Shown in pieces: positions 50,080 through 64,000 of a DNA stretch of 64,000 nucleotides. Source of the DNA: Laetmonice hystrix (Eukaryota); contig OZ249436.1 of the NCBI GenBank assembly GCA_965235115.1, forward strand, positions 52,888,001-52,952,000, given 5' to 3'. The notes beneath the pieces are model-generated. The model did no database searches. It worked only from the letters and a program-made list of their open reading frames with translations, and had not been told where the DNA came from. The number at the start of each line of letters is the position of its first letter. Position 1 is the stretch's first letter. The position numbers and the translations under genes are program-made.

Positions 50080-53000
50080 AAGAAACCCTCCAAGTGGTTT
50101 CACAGCGATTCCAAGATCTTGTAAGTTCTTTAAGTACAATTACATCTACCACATTTTACTAGAGGCTTTAAGCGTTTAGATATTCTGACATAAAATCTAA
50201 CGATAATCTTAATTGCCCATGTGTATTTCCTGGTTCACGTCATAGATAAACAGACAAAAGAAACTTTCGTGACACTAAATACGATAACTTCGCTTAGCAA
50301 AATTTCAGGTCAAAATATCAAATTGTTTTCGAAGTAGAGATACCTAAAGAATATATTAAATATACCTGGTTGGCCTTTCCTTGGCGTCTTACTCTTTGTG
50401 TCATGTTCAAGAAAATCTAACCTTTAATCGAGACGGCGGAGAGGTTTGAAATATTCGGAATTTGTTGAGATCTTGGAGGGCCCACATCCCATCCATGATC
50501 GATAACTCATCTTAATCCACCAAACGTTGGTCTCAACAGTAAACAAATGATAATCTCATCCCTCCATTCCTAACAATTTCCTCAAGTATACCTTTAAATT
50601 GAATGGTATAAATAGATGTATAACATTCAGCAGTCAAAGAACATTATGATGTGATCAGGTTTTCCATAAGCAGAATGCTCATTATCAGAATAATAAGGAC
50701 ACGAGACCATAAGTAACTACGCCCGTAATTCCCTCACCATTTGGCTGCCAATGGCACCTTCCTATAGTCGTCCTTGCTTTCACCATTCTATATAAACTAA
50801 TGTGAAGAGAAACCAATGAATATTATCCAGTGCTGACATATTAATAATCCACGTGTCGTCCTCAGACAGTTGAAGATGGGACTCAGGTCTCTGGCTTGTA
50901 TTGAATGTCTTCTTACCAATTAACTGTCTGCCTAGGAGGTTGGCATTGCGCGTCTCTTGTGTGATGAGCCGAGTTATGGAGTGTCATGGTGTCATCGGCA
51001 TGGCTGCCACCGGGACCCACTGGTTTGACACCCAGTCACCTTTTGTAAAAACGGCAAGAAACGCTCATGTCACCCATACACGACCGTGTTATTACACGTA
51101 AGAGAAAACCACACTTGGAAAAAGAACCTATCTTTCGTATCTTCTGCCGACAGTATTTGTAACTAACAATCTGCGACAACTGATCGCCTGCATTGCTCAA
51201 AAACTTCCTGCGACAGCTGGGTTTAATACAACCACAATTTGTCTACAAATACTGGCAATATGCACCAGACATCTTAACTGCTTTGAGCTGAAATTCCTTC
51301 TGTAATCCTGAAGTTGTGCAGCTCCCATAGTTCAACACACAACGTCTGACTACAAAACACATAAAAACACCAACACTTACCAGCTTTGTATATTAGCCAC
51401 ATTCTAAGATTCTAACCTTGTTTTCCTGAAAACACTTTATTGACTCAAGAAGTTACCTGCGATATGGATGACAGGATTCAAGGCTCAAGTACTTATGACT
51501 TTTCAAATGAGCCCCAATGAATCTCTCCATCAACGTTTTTCACAACAGAAACGCTAATCGTAATGAACATCCTAACGAACTTAGCTCAAAGGAACCTAGA
51601 TCATCTTGCTGGCTTATGGCCTGTTTTTATTCTTGTCCCAGGAAACCATCCTTTATCTCCGACTGAAACAAAGGCATCAACCCATGATGAAGAGCAATGA
51701 AAGCTGAGCCTTTCTTGAGACGCGGAGTAGAAACACATGATTTGTTGTCTGTCATGTTCCCTGCCAGCCTCAGGAGAAACAATTTCTAAATGATAGACGT
51801 AACAAAATCCAACTACCTCCTCAGCATGTTCACATGTTGGCTGATGTTCCGAACTGTCAATAAAATACTGAAACTGCTTTCATCGCCAGCAACAGTGTCT
51901 GTGTGGAGAGTAGTCTACTTCAACTGTAAATCTGGCCCGTTATAATTCCGTCTCCACGTGTAAGCCCCCCGTATCTGTTTGTATTCCAATCGTTCAGACT
52001 TGTACACGCGCATCTCCATGCAGGCCACTGTACTTTTCTGTACTTTTCTGTACTTTTCCTGTGCTTCTTTGAACATGACTGACTGATAGGATTACAATTA
52101 CTGTCAAGGTTTAATAGAAAAAAAACCTCATTAAAAAAACTGCATCTTGTCGCCTGAAGTCATCTCTCATACATTAAAGATTAAAGTGAAAAAGCCTCGG
52201 GAGCAATTCGGACTTAACATAGGAAAATGCTAATGTTTTTCGATAATACATCGTTTAAATGTGAACCATTTTAACCCTGAGTAAAGTTCACACGGATTGA
52301 CATTTTGTTCCCCCAAGTCTCACGAGGAGACTGATAACGGGCTGGTGTTGATGAGACAATGATAATAATGATGACAAAAAAGAAAACCTTTCATCACCTC
52401 CTGAAGCAAGCCTGGCACGAGACCTTTCCTATTCAGGAGTCCATGGGGGTTTCCCTTCGTCAAGACCTGCACGGAGATTCCTTGCACACTCTTGTCTGGA
52501 TTGTGCGTAAACAAGTTAAATCATTCATGAATATCAATATGACAGCCTGAAATCGGAATTATGTCCGAGTTCTCGTAATCTATTTAATCAAGTATGAATC
52601 ATGAATAAAACTATGCTTATACAGAGGTATTGTTAAATTTTACTCTGCTCGAGTTTTTTAAAACATACAAATATTCACAACAAATCGACTGAATAGCTGC
52701 AGTAGCCACATTGCTCAATTACAACATAAAATGCTATTTTTTCAGTACTGCTTATCTCTGAAGCCCCACGCCTCATTCAACACGCAAGAATTCTGGAGGG
52801 GTTTGTTCCAACACATTTTCGATGAAGCTGTTCATATTATGAGATACGGTAACCAATAGTCTTATCGAATGCTTTCACGCCATGGAATCATGTCACAGAG
52901 CGGATGGTGTCTTCACACCACCTCATCAGGCTCCTCCCGACTCCCGTCCCCAAACAGAAAATGTTGGAGGGAGTGTGAGGGGGGGGGGGGACAAGGAGCT

Positions 53001-56000
53001 GATCAGTGTGTGCCTAACGCCTGCTCACAATGCCGTTCTCGGCCGCAGAATCCATTGAATCCATGGCGGACAGCCGGCAGCCTCTGATGGCACAATGCAC
53101 AATGTGTGATAACTGTGACCATGACAATCCACCATCACTCACTCCTATCTCTGTCTGCCTCCACTCACCCTCCATAACCACCAACATGGTCAACGGAAAC
53201 GCTCGCATGAAACGTCCAACTAAAAATATCATAAATCCTTTACTTCCACACACTCCCAGGGTAAAAATACTTTCCTGCCATTTCTTTATATCCATATAAC
53301 CTGTTCGTATATGATATAATATTATACGAAACTGTTGCTAGAATGTGTCACGTGATATTAAGTGTTAAATGGCAGAAATCAATCAGCAAAAAAAAAAAAC
53401 ATGATTAAATAAAAACGAAAGTGATGTTGTTCCACGGCAGCCATTACCTCTAAATACTGCGCTATTAATAATCTCATCACCGCATGAGCTAAGACGCTAG
53501 CATCCTGTGCCGCGTCAAACCATTATTATGATCCTGGTTTAGCGTCAACAAACGCATGTTCTTCCCCATAATAAACTCATTACCGTGAACCAAGTAGTTC
53601 CACGGATTTCCCCCTGGTTATTAATGACATGATAATTTCGCCAGTTGAAGAGAAAATTATCCTTCAATGTCCTTAACCGTTTCGAATAGCAGTTAATGCG
53701 TTGACAACTCCTCATTGTTGCCTCAATATTTTTGTTGTCACATCTTGAATCTATTTGTCCCGTTTCGCAGTGAGCCAGCCTTGAGATAACATTCCCAGTC
53801 CTGGGCCTTGTTAGCTGCTGAGAGTAACACTAACAGACACACAAACCATGTGAGCCGGGGGAAAAAATATCTGGTAGCAACTGTTCACTAAGTGATGTAT
53901 GAAAACACGATTCCATCGAGTTAGTGTTACGACATGGGTCAAGGTTCACATACAAGGCAGAGTGTTTGAGTCGGTTAAGAACATGGCAAGACAAGCCGTT
54001 TCGTATTACTGGTACATTCCAGTTAGCCTGAGTACAATTAATAAGTTGTCAACACTTTGCCGACACTCATGTTTTTACCTAAAAACAATGGTTTTATAAC
54101 TGTGCCCTCCACAAGGGGAATGTTTAATCATCGTGCATGTTGACAATGTAATCAGCCGCATGTCTGTCCTACCGATTTCTACCTGAAAAAGGAGCCTTCA
54201 GATCTCTGACAAATCCTTTTTTCCACTCCCTGCTGTATTATAAGGAGTGGCGTCTTGATGCGATATGTGACAGGCCCTTTATATAGTTCTCCTTGCCCCC
54301 TCAAAGGGTTGCTCCCGCTTAGGCCTACTATACCTCATCCTTCCTACCTCCTTCAAAGCGCTTTACCCCTACCTCTTACAAGTGTTCCAGCATCCCTCAT
54401 TGCTCCCACCTCTCTAATATAGCTGTCCTTGTCTCCCTCTTACAAATACATGTACCCCCGCCTGCCTCATCGTCCCCACCGCCCTTGACCAACTGTTCCA
54501 GCCTCAAATACCCCCCCGCCTCACTCAGACAGCTGTTGGCTCTGCCTTCTCCCCAAGTTGTCACCTCTCTCATACAGATGTTGCTCTCTCCCACCAACAC
54601 TGCAATCCAATAATTCACTCCCAGGCTTGCAGGTCACATCTGATGGATGCAGCCAATGGTGGCCTTTAATTCGGCTAAGCGCCCCAGTCCTCGCGTTGAC
54701 AAGCCGGGGTTGGCGAGTCTCCACAGGTCAGCGAGTCCGGGGGGTGGGCCCAACATGTGGCCGGCTAACGGGCCCGCACCTGGCTGGCACCGGTCTAACA
54801 TTAGAGACCTGACTAATCTATGGTCCCTGATAGCTCCCGGCTCCTGTACTGCCTCTGGCTGTCACACCACCCACCGCCGGCCACCTTACAACCACCGACA
54901 AGGAAGGCAAGGCACTGCCGTCTAATACTCCTCGAGTATAGACACAGTCGGCTACTACCGGCAATACTGTCAATACTAGGTGGGACGTGTTTCACAAAAC
55001 AATCGAATGACAGATCGTGACACGAAGCCCTGATACTTATCTCGAGACAGAAAACCTGCACTATTTACCTGTGATCCAATGAGCATCTGAATAACGCCAC
55101 AAATTTGATTTCCTCGGCCACACTAGACCCATAGGTTTCACTAAGAAGTGGGGAAAGAACCTAACAGAGCAGAACCTACTCTCACAGTTCTCCTTGTCGG
55201 TCCGCCTGTCGGTTGCACCATTACATACCCCGGGGCCCATTTGTCTTGAGATGACCCACAAGTACGGATCTCTGTGAGGACTGGTTGCGCTTTTAAACAC
55301 TCTGGACGTTTCCACTTAATATTACCTTAATGGGTGAACGCTAACGATTCCCGGCAACATACTGTTATTGGTGCCCTCCCTGAGGGTGGAGGTAGCAGTA
55401 GGCAGTCCCTCAGTCTTTATTAGCAAGGCTATCTCATTGGAATTTACAGTTTCTGGGGCGTCCCTTCGACACTAACCTAATCTGAGTGTTTTCCATTCAG
55501 TCTTTTTGAGGAGGTAGAGTACAACTTACATGTAGTTTTGTTATCCCATTTACAGCTTCCACCTCAGCTCCGTGCAGCTCCTAACAGATATGGGAGAACG
55601 CCGGCACTATAACTAATTCAGTGTAATGTAACCATTCTAATTCAATTCTGCCTTGTATTACCTGTATTTTAAAAGAAAAGGTAGAGAAACCTGACAAACT
55701 CGTTACATTGGGAGATGTACGCAGAGTTTTTCCCCTCAACTCAAATTACCAACACATCTATGGCCTTAATTTATTTTTATGCTCCTTTACATCTTGATCC
55801 AATATCACATCATGTTCAATAAAAGAATACATGATGATGTACACCGAATCGCTGAGACTCTGAACATTTGATTACTGTTCATCCAAGCACAAAGTCTAGT
55901 TACGTTTGTGCATTTGCCTTAGTCTCGTGAAGTCTAACTGTATATCCGACCCACTGTGACTGGAATTGAAACCTTATTAATCCCCAGGGATGGCTGGCTA

Positions 56001-56246
56001 GGTCTCCGCTGGTCCCTGGGGATCGGTGGAGGTTAATGCCGGAATCCTTCACTCAGGCATGCGCCCTTTGTGGCTGTGGCACCGACTTCATCTCCTCCAT
56101 ATCCGCCGTCTACAGGGTGTCCCAGACGTGAGGATTCATCTTGGCAATACAATCCCAGCGGTAAACAAACCCATTTCTAACATTCAGAAAATCAAGATAC
56201 GGTAAAGTACACAAGTTTCAAGAACATGGAACTTGAAATGACAGAA

Positions 56247-57640
56247 AAACAAGCTTGTGAAGATTACAGCCCCAAACAAGACGATGCACGACTTCCATTG
56301 ATCATTCAAGGTCTGGTCCCTCATCATTGTGCAATCTTTCATACAAGATTATATCGCTGTTTTTGAGATACAGGCCATAAAAAATATGCATGACCTTGAT
56401 TCACCTTTCAAGGTCACTCAAGGTCATGAAAAATTGAGCCAAACGAAAGGTCATATGACTTCCTATCTGTCACTAATGGTAACTATTGTGTTATCTTGCA
56501 CCATTTTCGAAATATGAGCCCAAACAGTGTTATTCTGGGGCCAAAAACAAACATGGCCGCCATTTCACCATTTGAACTGAACTGAACATGCATTAGAATG
56601 TAAATTGCCCCTCATATGTTTCTTCTTTGCATCAAATTTGAAAGAAATTAGGATCGTTTTGTCCAAGTTATTGCAAAAAATGCCCTTAGATCCAAGGTGG
56701 CCATCAACCGGCCATTTTGAATAATACCAAAAATCTGCTTTACCTGCATCATCTTTAGAGTCTGTGTATAAACTATAAACTATAGACTATAAACAAGCTA
56801 TTGAAAAGATGTGCGACCTGGAATGTTCTTGTAACTATGTGCTTATGTTACATAATTTTGGATATATATGAACGATTGAAAGTATGCATGACCTTGTTTG
56901 ACCTTAATCCTATGGGAAATGGCGTCAAATGAAAGTTCAGATATGACTTCCTGTCTAGGTTCAATAGTATCTATGGCAATATCTTCAACTGTTATGGAGA
57001 TACAAGCCAGTGAAAAGATGACGTTCAACCTTGAATGACCTTTGACTTCACTTGAGGTAAAAGAAAATAGGGCCAAATAAAACTTCATACATGATTTCCT
57101 ATCCATTTTCAATAGTAATTTTAAAAATGCTTATCTTACATAATTTTGAAAATATGCATAACCTTGTTTCACCTTTATAACCCACCCAAAGTCATGGAAA
57201 ATAGCGCCAAATGAAACTTTATATGACTTCCAATCTGTCGACAATAGTAACTCTGGCGTTATCTTTCACCATTTTCAAGATGAGCCAAGATGTCGTTGTA
57301 GGGGTTAAAAAACAAATATGGCCCCTATGCCGGCATTTTGGATCTGAATTGAAAATACATTGCAATGCATTGGCCATATTTATGCTTCCTGTCTGCACCA
57401 GGTTTGAACGAAATCGTGATTGTTTTCGATGAGTTATTGATCAAAATGTGTTTACATCCAAGATGGCTGCCATTTTCGGTGATATGAAAAATCTGTTTGA
57501 CGTGCATCCTCCTCCGATAGTACCCTGATGACTGCGTAACGTTTCAAAGAAATCGACCACTATACTACGCTGTCTCCGGACGGACGGCTGGCCGTTCGTC
57601 CATACAGACGTGTTGACAATGACTTCAATAATACCTTTGT
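56247..57640 (+). mobile_element. Non-autonomous Helitron2/Helentron (HINE)-like element
   Basis: Starts at AAACAAG. Internal diverged subrepeats are rich in TGACCTTG/CAAGGTCA and ATATGACTTCC, with CAAGATGGCTGCC motifs and a (GACG)n microsatellite near the 3' end. This layout is common in marine invertebrate HINE-like repeats. Boundaries are approximate. Confidence 0.5.
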
Positions 57641-58380
57641 TAAGTTTGAGGAAATGGTTGTACGTTGATCCTTTATGTGGCGGTATCTGTAATGGCAGTA
57701 TACAAATTACGACAGGAGTCTTCTGGATTTATTAAAACTATCAGGCCTGACGCGGTCGAGGCTGCTGGCAGATAGGCTTTACGAAATGGTACTCAGCTGA
57801 ATTTCGTCTGTGGGAAATTAATTGGTAAAACTGAATTTGACCCGGGGGAGTTCACAATCTCAGAGCCCTGGAATTTTTCCTTGCAAAGAGTTTGAATGTA
57901 TTTGATGGGGTCAATTTTGAGCACAGCAAAATTAATTTCTCTGTCAAGGAATTAAACTCGTTTTAACCCAACCACATCCCTGGCCGGTGTTTGCAAATGC
58001 CCGCAATACTGGCTTTCCATTGTTGGCGGTCGACTGGTCGCATTTCATCGCTTAAAAATACGTTAATATAGAAAGTTAGCCTTACATGGGACCATATACC
58101 TCGCCAGCGTTCTATAACTTTGAATTGAAAACGTGGTCATTACAGAAATCTCTTTGGCTTGCAACCCTCCGGTTTCAGAAAAGTAGACTGCAGGTTGCTT
58201 AAACTGTCATTCAGAAGGATTTCTGTGAAAACCCCAAAGTCCTTTTCCATTATTTATTTCATCTCAGCGACCCCCGGTCGGCTCAGAACCGTGAGTTGTG
58301 CCCTGACTGGCCCCAGTCAGCTGACCACCGTGAGGTGCCCCTTAATAGGTCGTATCCAGTAAAAGCACTAGTCTACTTGT

Positions 58381-58534
58381 TCGGTGCGGACACGGTTAGA
58401 TTAAATAAATTAAAATGATAAGGAGTGTGTCCACTCATGCGTGTACAGACACGGGGACCGTATCCGTGTCCGCACCGGAGTGTGTCCACTCATGCGTGTA
58501 CAGACACGGGGACCGTATCCGTGTCCGCACCGGA
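58381..58534. repeat. 55-bp direct duplication plus an inverted copy of its end
   Basis: GGAGTGTGTCCACTCATGCGTGTACAGACACGGGGACCGTATCCGTGTCCGCACC x2 (from 58422); CGGTGCGGACACGG at 58382 is the reverse complement of the unit end. Confidence 0.85.
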
Positions 58535-59810
58535 CATTTTGACCCGGTCTTATGGTTGGCCAAAGTAGACAAAAACGAAATGTATACTGCCATATATTTG
58601 TATATTCGCTTCTATTAGATAAATGATTTAAGTACGTTCATTGCCATGGTCCTCACCTGCAGATTTTCTGAATCGCCCGCCCGCCCGTCGGCTTAGTGAA
58701 TACGCGTGCCACCCTGTCCGCTGACCACCCAGCGTTGTGTGTTGACCACTGATCCTGCAGCGCCATGACTCGGCCGGCCTGACGGCCATAATAACCCACT
58801 CAGTGGTTCTCTTGTTTTCCGTGTGGGAGGCAAACCGTGGCCGACCTTCCTGTGGCCCCATGCCGGGGCCGGGGGTCGGAAGGACCCACTCCTGCCAAGG
58901 TACAACACAGCCCGCCTTCAATCTTCATTACGGTAGACAAGTCGTAATCAGCCTGTGCACTGCTCCGCCCTCCAGCAGCACCCTGACACGGCCTCCTTAC
59001 AACAGGAAATTTGGGATCCACTTAGGGAAGAACTCCTCTAAAACACCATCCTTTCTACCGTAATGATTGTATATTGGGGCCTAACAGCTATTCTTCCTCG
59101 GAGAACACGTGCTAAGGAAGGATTTCAATCTAACATGCCACCGAAAGACATTATTCCTGACTCGTACATGTATACCTTCACAGACCTCAAGAGTCCAAGT
59201 CATTTCTCAAGGAACCAGCACATGCAAGAACACTGCATATGAAATTCATTCAAATCTCATGAAAAGTTCCTAGCCTTTATTGGAACTATGTCAATCCAAT
59301 TTATAATTGGTTCCATGATAGCGGGTAGGGGTGCCATTCAACCCCCCCCCCCTTACGTCACTATGGTGGGGGCGTTTCCAAACATTTGGGACCACATCTC
59401 GTTCGGGGCTCTTTCCTCCCTCCACAGAAAAATGTGGATGGCTTGATGCCAATGCCACGATAACAAAGGCAACTTCCCTCTAAGTAGCAGATGGCAGTAA
59501 ATTCTAAGTTGATGAATTTGGTCCTATGCGAGGATCACGGCAGCCACAGGAGCAGGGGCTTCATTAGGGGAGCATGATTGATTTTTCAGACGGTGTTCCC
59601 ATGTCTGAGACACGGATCAGGCTGGGTAATTTGTGAGGCGGCCTCCTGCTGCGGGTGGGTGGTCGGCATCAGTGCCCTATCTCTGACTTGTATCTACAAG
59701 CAACCAATGACATCGGTGGGTTATCACCTGATGATCTCCTTGCTCATTCAGACCTTTACCATTAGTCGGCCCCGCTGTTTGTCACCTGGGAGACTTGAGG
59801 ATGGGGAGTA

Positions 59811-60926
59811 TATGTCGTGGCCCAGATCCCAATCTGGCCCAGTTGCCAATTGGTCCGGACCAGATGACAATTGGGATCTGGTCCGGCCCAGATACCAATT
59901 GGGATCTGGTCCAGACCAATTGGAAACTGGACCGGACCAGATCACAATTGGCATCTGGGCTGGCCCAGATACCAATTGGGATCTGGTCCGGACCAATTGG
60001 AAACTGGACCGGACCACATCACAATTGGCATCTGGGCTGGCCTGGATGCCAATTGGAATCTGGGCCGGACCAATTGGAAACTGAACCGGACCAGATCCCA
60101 ATTGGCTGGGCTGGCCTGGATGCCAATCGAGGTTTTCAGTCATAGGATTGGGATCTGGTCTGGACCAGTTGGCAATTGGTCCAGGCGAAATAATGATTTC
60201 AATCTGGTCCAGCCCAGATCCCAATCCAATGACTCTTGGTCCAGATCCAAATCCTGGTTCCTGGTATTTGTTCATTGTAACTATTTTCGTTGACAATGTG
60301 CTGTGTAGGAAAAAAAATAGTCCATGGGATAAAAGGAACATTTTTTCAAAAACATTTTCCTTGCCCTTTGAAGAGGGGGTTGCAATGCGATGGAGTGCTA
60401 TTTAATTGGGTATTTTGTATTTATTTATTTTAACTAGGCCTATTTTTGTTTACAATGCCCTGTGTATTTGAAATAAAATACATACAATTATTTTACTAAA
60501 TCCATGATGATGGATCTGGACCAAGACTCATTATTTGAAATCATTATTTCGCCTGGACCAGTTGCCAACTGGTCCAGACCAGATCCCAATCCTATGACTG
60601 AAAACCTCGATTGGCATCCAGGCCAGCCCAGCCAATTGGGATCTGGTCTGGTCCAGTTTCCAATTGGTCTGAACCAGATCCCAATTGGTATCTGGGCCGG
60701 ACCAGATCCCAATTGGGATCTGGTCCGGTCCAGTTTCCAATTGGTCCGGCCCAGATCCCAATTGGCATCCAGGCCAGCCCAGATGCCAATTGGGATCTGG
60801 TCCGGTCCAGTTTTCAATTGGTCTGAACCAGATCCCAATTGGTATCTGGGCCGGACCAGATCCCAATTGGGATCTGGTCTGGACCAATTGGCAACTGGGC
60901 CAGATTGGGATCTGGGCCACGACATA
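59811..60926. mobile_element. Foldback-type element with ~430-bp modular inverted arms and TA flanks
   Basis: TA|TATGTCGTGGCCCAGATCCCAATCTGGCCCAGTTGCCAATTGGTCC... is mirrored at ...GGACCAATTGGCAACTGGGCCAGATTGGGATCTGGGCCACGACATA|TA. The arms are built of CCAATTGG-centred subrepeats around an AT-rich ~260-bp spacer. Confidence 0.85.
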
Positions 60927-61339
60927 TATACTGTGAAACAATTTGAAACTGGTTCAGCAGCAGGCCCTGAGGGACATGTGCTGGACACATCATCCAACAT
61001 CAATGGTCTCGGCAAACCCTATAACCTTCGCAAAACTGAAAAACTGTCAATAACACATCGAAATGCAGAATAGCTGACTTTACACTTGCCAATTTCAGCA
61101 ACATCTTACAATTGACAATTTCAGTAGCACTTAACCCCTGAGTATTTTCACGATTGCCAGACACACACAGCCATTAATAAAAGTTCAAAATTTTTAAAAT
61201 CTGGGCACTAACCCAAATGGTGCAAATCAAGCTTTCTGCGTCATCATGAGCTGGAACTGTCTCTATGATGGCCCCCCATGCTGGATGCCATCCCTGCCCA
61301 GCCAAGCCGTCTGTCAAAGCCATCCTGTCCCAACCCTAT

Positions 61340-61560
61340 AATTATAGCGGGGCTGGCTGATTGCTGGCTCAACCAGAATCACGTACCTACTTTGGTGGCC
61401 ATGATTTGTTGGGCCCTTGCCCACCATGTGAAGCCAAGTTGTACATTTCTCAGCCACAGATGTGGTGTCCCTGCCCTCCCCGGTCTTGCATGTCTCCAAG
61501 CCTTCAATCAGACACTACTTGGCCAAACCAATGTTGTCCAATTTTTCACGTCTTAGATCA
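61340..61560 (-). pseudogene. Possible decayed Gypsy integrase (zinc-binding and start of core) fragment
   Basis: Frameshifted pieces LVWPSS, LETCKT and WLHMVGKGPTNHGHQSRYVILV resemble 'YWP...TCxxC...VHxDxxGPLP..xGxRYILV'. Confidence 0.25.
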
Positions 61561-63860
61561 CCTCTACAGCGCCCTCTATCTGAGCTCTGCCCGGTTCACC
61601 GATCAAGATCCCATGCGGCCCACGTCCCGACTGAGCTAAGATTATCCTGCCGGTCTTCGTCTCGCCCAAATCATCAACATCAAACTCATGGCAAACTGCA
61701 AACTTTGTAAAGATCGTATTCTTGGATTGCCCCTCAATCTCAACTTGTGTCTGAACAATTCAATCACATCTGTACATAGGAGATTACGTGATTTATATTA
61801 GCAGTTCAGCAAAATAGTATACGGACAGCATAATCTACGGGTCAACCTGGCGTGTTGGTTCAAGAGAGTTCTTGGCCAGACAAATTAAGACCGAGCTTCC
61901 TCTCACTGAATGAAGCGTGAGCCCCCTTCCTCTCACCAACTGAACACTGAGCTCCCTGACACCGGGAGTACGAGTGGTTGAGCTCCCTGCAGTCTCGGTC
62001 CTGCTGGTCAGTGAAGGTCTCTGACCCCGGTGTCAGTACCGGGATTTCGTTATTGCTTGATCATGTGCGCTCATTTATAATGTATCAAGTCAAGTCCGGC
62101 CATGTGGTTAAACAGGCAGATAATGGATTATTTAAGGTCTGGGATGAAAATACTGAAGGTCAGGTACCGGTAGTCCTACACAATGGATGGTTGGTTTATC
62201 GTTGAAAGTCTCAAAGTCAGAGACTATCTAAAGTTAGCCCCTTTAAGATCCCCCCTGCAGTGAGCGACCTAGCAGGTTTTACAGCTGTTCCAACACACTA
62301 ATCATCTATTTACAAAGACAAAACAACTATGCACGAATAGCAGTGCTTTACGGTCTGGGTTCCCTTTCCACGCTGAAATGTTGATACAGAGGCGCGTGAA
62401 GCCCCAAAGGCATGGCTGCCGGTTTTTCCCGTTTGTTTGGATGGGCACAATGGATGGGGGACGGGTAGTAGGTCCTCCCAAGTTGTCCTGACACGATCTA
62501 ACCTCCCGGCTGCTGATCGGAGAAGACATATGCCCCCACGTGACTTCCATCCTTCCATCCTTCCACCAAGTACTAATTGGCTTATAGTCAGCTGCTAAGG
62601 TACCACAGGCACTTCAATTACCAAATACATCAAACAAGGCCTTTGATCAACAGTGACGTGTGCTGGTGGTGGGAGTGCAGGATGGGGCTGTGTGGCTAGG
62701 ACTGGGGACTGCAGGGAGGATAGGCCACGGGCAGAGGGACTCCAGACCCCTTCTGACCAGATAAATTAGGGCTACGGTCTGAAAGGCCCGACAATTCCAG
62801 AGTATCCTACGATTCTCGCGGTTTGTGAACAAGAAAGTTATAAATACCATATAGTCTGCAGGCATGTCCTTACTACACTTACTACAAAATGATTGTGCGA
62901 TGTCCGAGCGATTGGAAGTTTCAAAGATGGAAGCCGTTTATATCATAACTCGGCCGAGTCTTTCTAAAAAAATACTTCAAAAATGGTAAAGCAGATTCAA
63001 CAAGTTCCAAAATAGACAAAATAAACAAATTCTTTCAAAGGTTTCTACAAATATATTATATCAATCTTTTAATGCCTTAGCAATGACGTTGGAGGATCAT
63101 GGTCTATCCCAAACGAATTGTAAAACCAGGATAGAAATGAAAAGGAAAAGAGTCCTATAATGGGGTGAAAATACAAGACCGTACAAATCAAATGTTCTTG
63201 TGATGACTACGTACATGTATGTATTACCACCTCCCTGTTAGAAACAAAGTAGTACTTGATCATCAGCTTGAATGTACATGTATTACTGCATATATATAAA
63301 CGATCCTGTTTCACCATATTCCCACAGAAACCACACCATTCGTCAGTTTGGGTCCCATCTACACGACTGATCTATGATCTCTATATGATCGAGGAGAAAC
63401 TGACTGTATAGATTGTACATTCTCCGTCAAGGTTCCATGTAACATTCTGAATCATCCAAGGCCTACATTAGAAAGACAGTATGGCCATTATATAATAAAA
63501 GCAGGCAGCTGTCTGTTGACCGGCCATATTCATGGCAAGGCCACACAGGGGCGGCAACAACTGGCCTTGATGGGCCATTCGTGAAACACTTGATACGATT
63601 TATGCCACCATTATCTTCGACTAGTGTCAGAAACCACCGTGCAACTCCTGAATAATGCTACAGTTCCTAGTCCCGAATCTTTGATGATACTTCATTATTT
63701 AATGCTTGCCTTGGCCTCCTTAAACATGGTAAACGTTATATTTGCTCTAACATCTCATTTTTAAAGGCCCGTCTTTAAAAATGAGATATAATTGATTTTA
63801 GAAATCCAGTACTAACAACCGGTAAATATTGTAAGACTTTCTCCTTTCACAAGAAAAACT

Positions 63861-63935
63861 CCAACCTGCGGCCTACATAGCTAACACCAACCTGCGGCCT
63901 ACATAGCTAACAACAACCTGCGGCCTACATAGCTA
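63861..63935. repeat. 26-bp tandem repeat, ~3 copies
   Basis: CCAACCTGCGGCCTACATAGCTAACA x3. Confidence 0.9.
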
Positions 63936-64000
63936 AAAGATTACTGGACTATAAAACTGGTATCGCTCAGCACCTTTGACATCGCCACTATGAGCGCTAT

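Noticed and set aside
51380..51425. Minus-strand 45-nt exon candidate with good splice signals
   Set aside because: Stops occur in all three frames and there is no other support; at best non-coding.

Overview
Eukaryotic (animal, probably invertebrate) genomic DNA that is mostly intronic or intergenic. No intact protein-coding gene, RNA gene or CRISPR array can be recognised, and the longest ORFs in the supplied track are translations of tandem repeats. The window holds about 15 unrelated locus-specific minisatellite arrays (units 16-148 bp) and several non-autonomous DNA transposons. These are two hAT-like elements that each split a minisatellite and leave a 6-bp target duplication, a Harbinger-like MITE, a Kolobok-like TTAA MITE, a Tc1 remnant with the transposase N-terminus, a ~1.1 kb foldback element with modular arms, and a Helentron/HINE-like element. 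There are also tRNA-derived SINE fragments and decayed Gypsy/LINE remnants. A GC-rich candidate first exon on the minus strand (~20977-21460) may splice in frame to a candidate exon at 10986-11133, and a CRE/GC-box cluster lies upstream. I did not find convincing evidence of a new multi-gene system. The most unusual observations concern transposon and minisatellite architecture.
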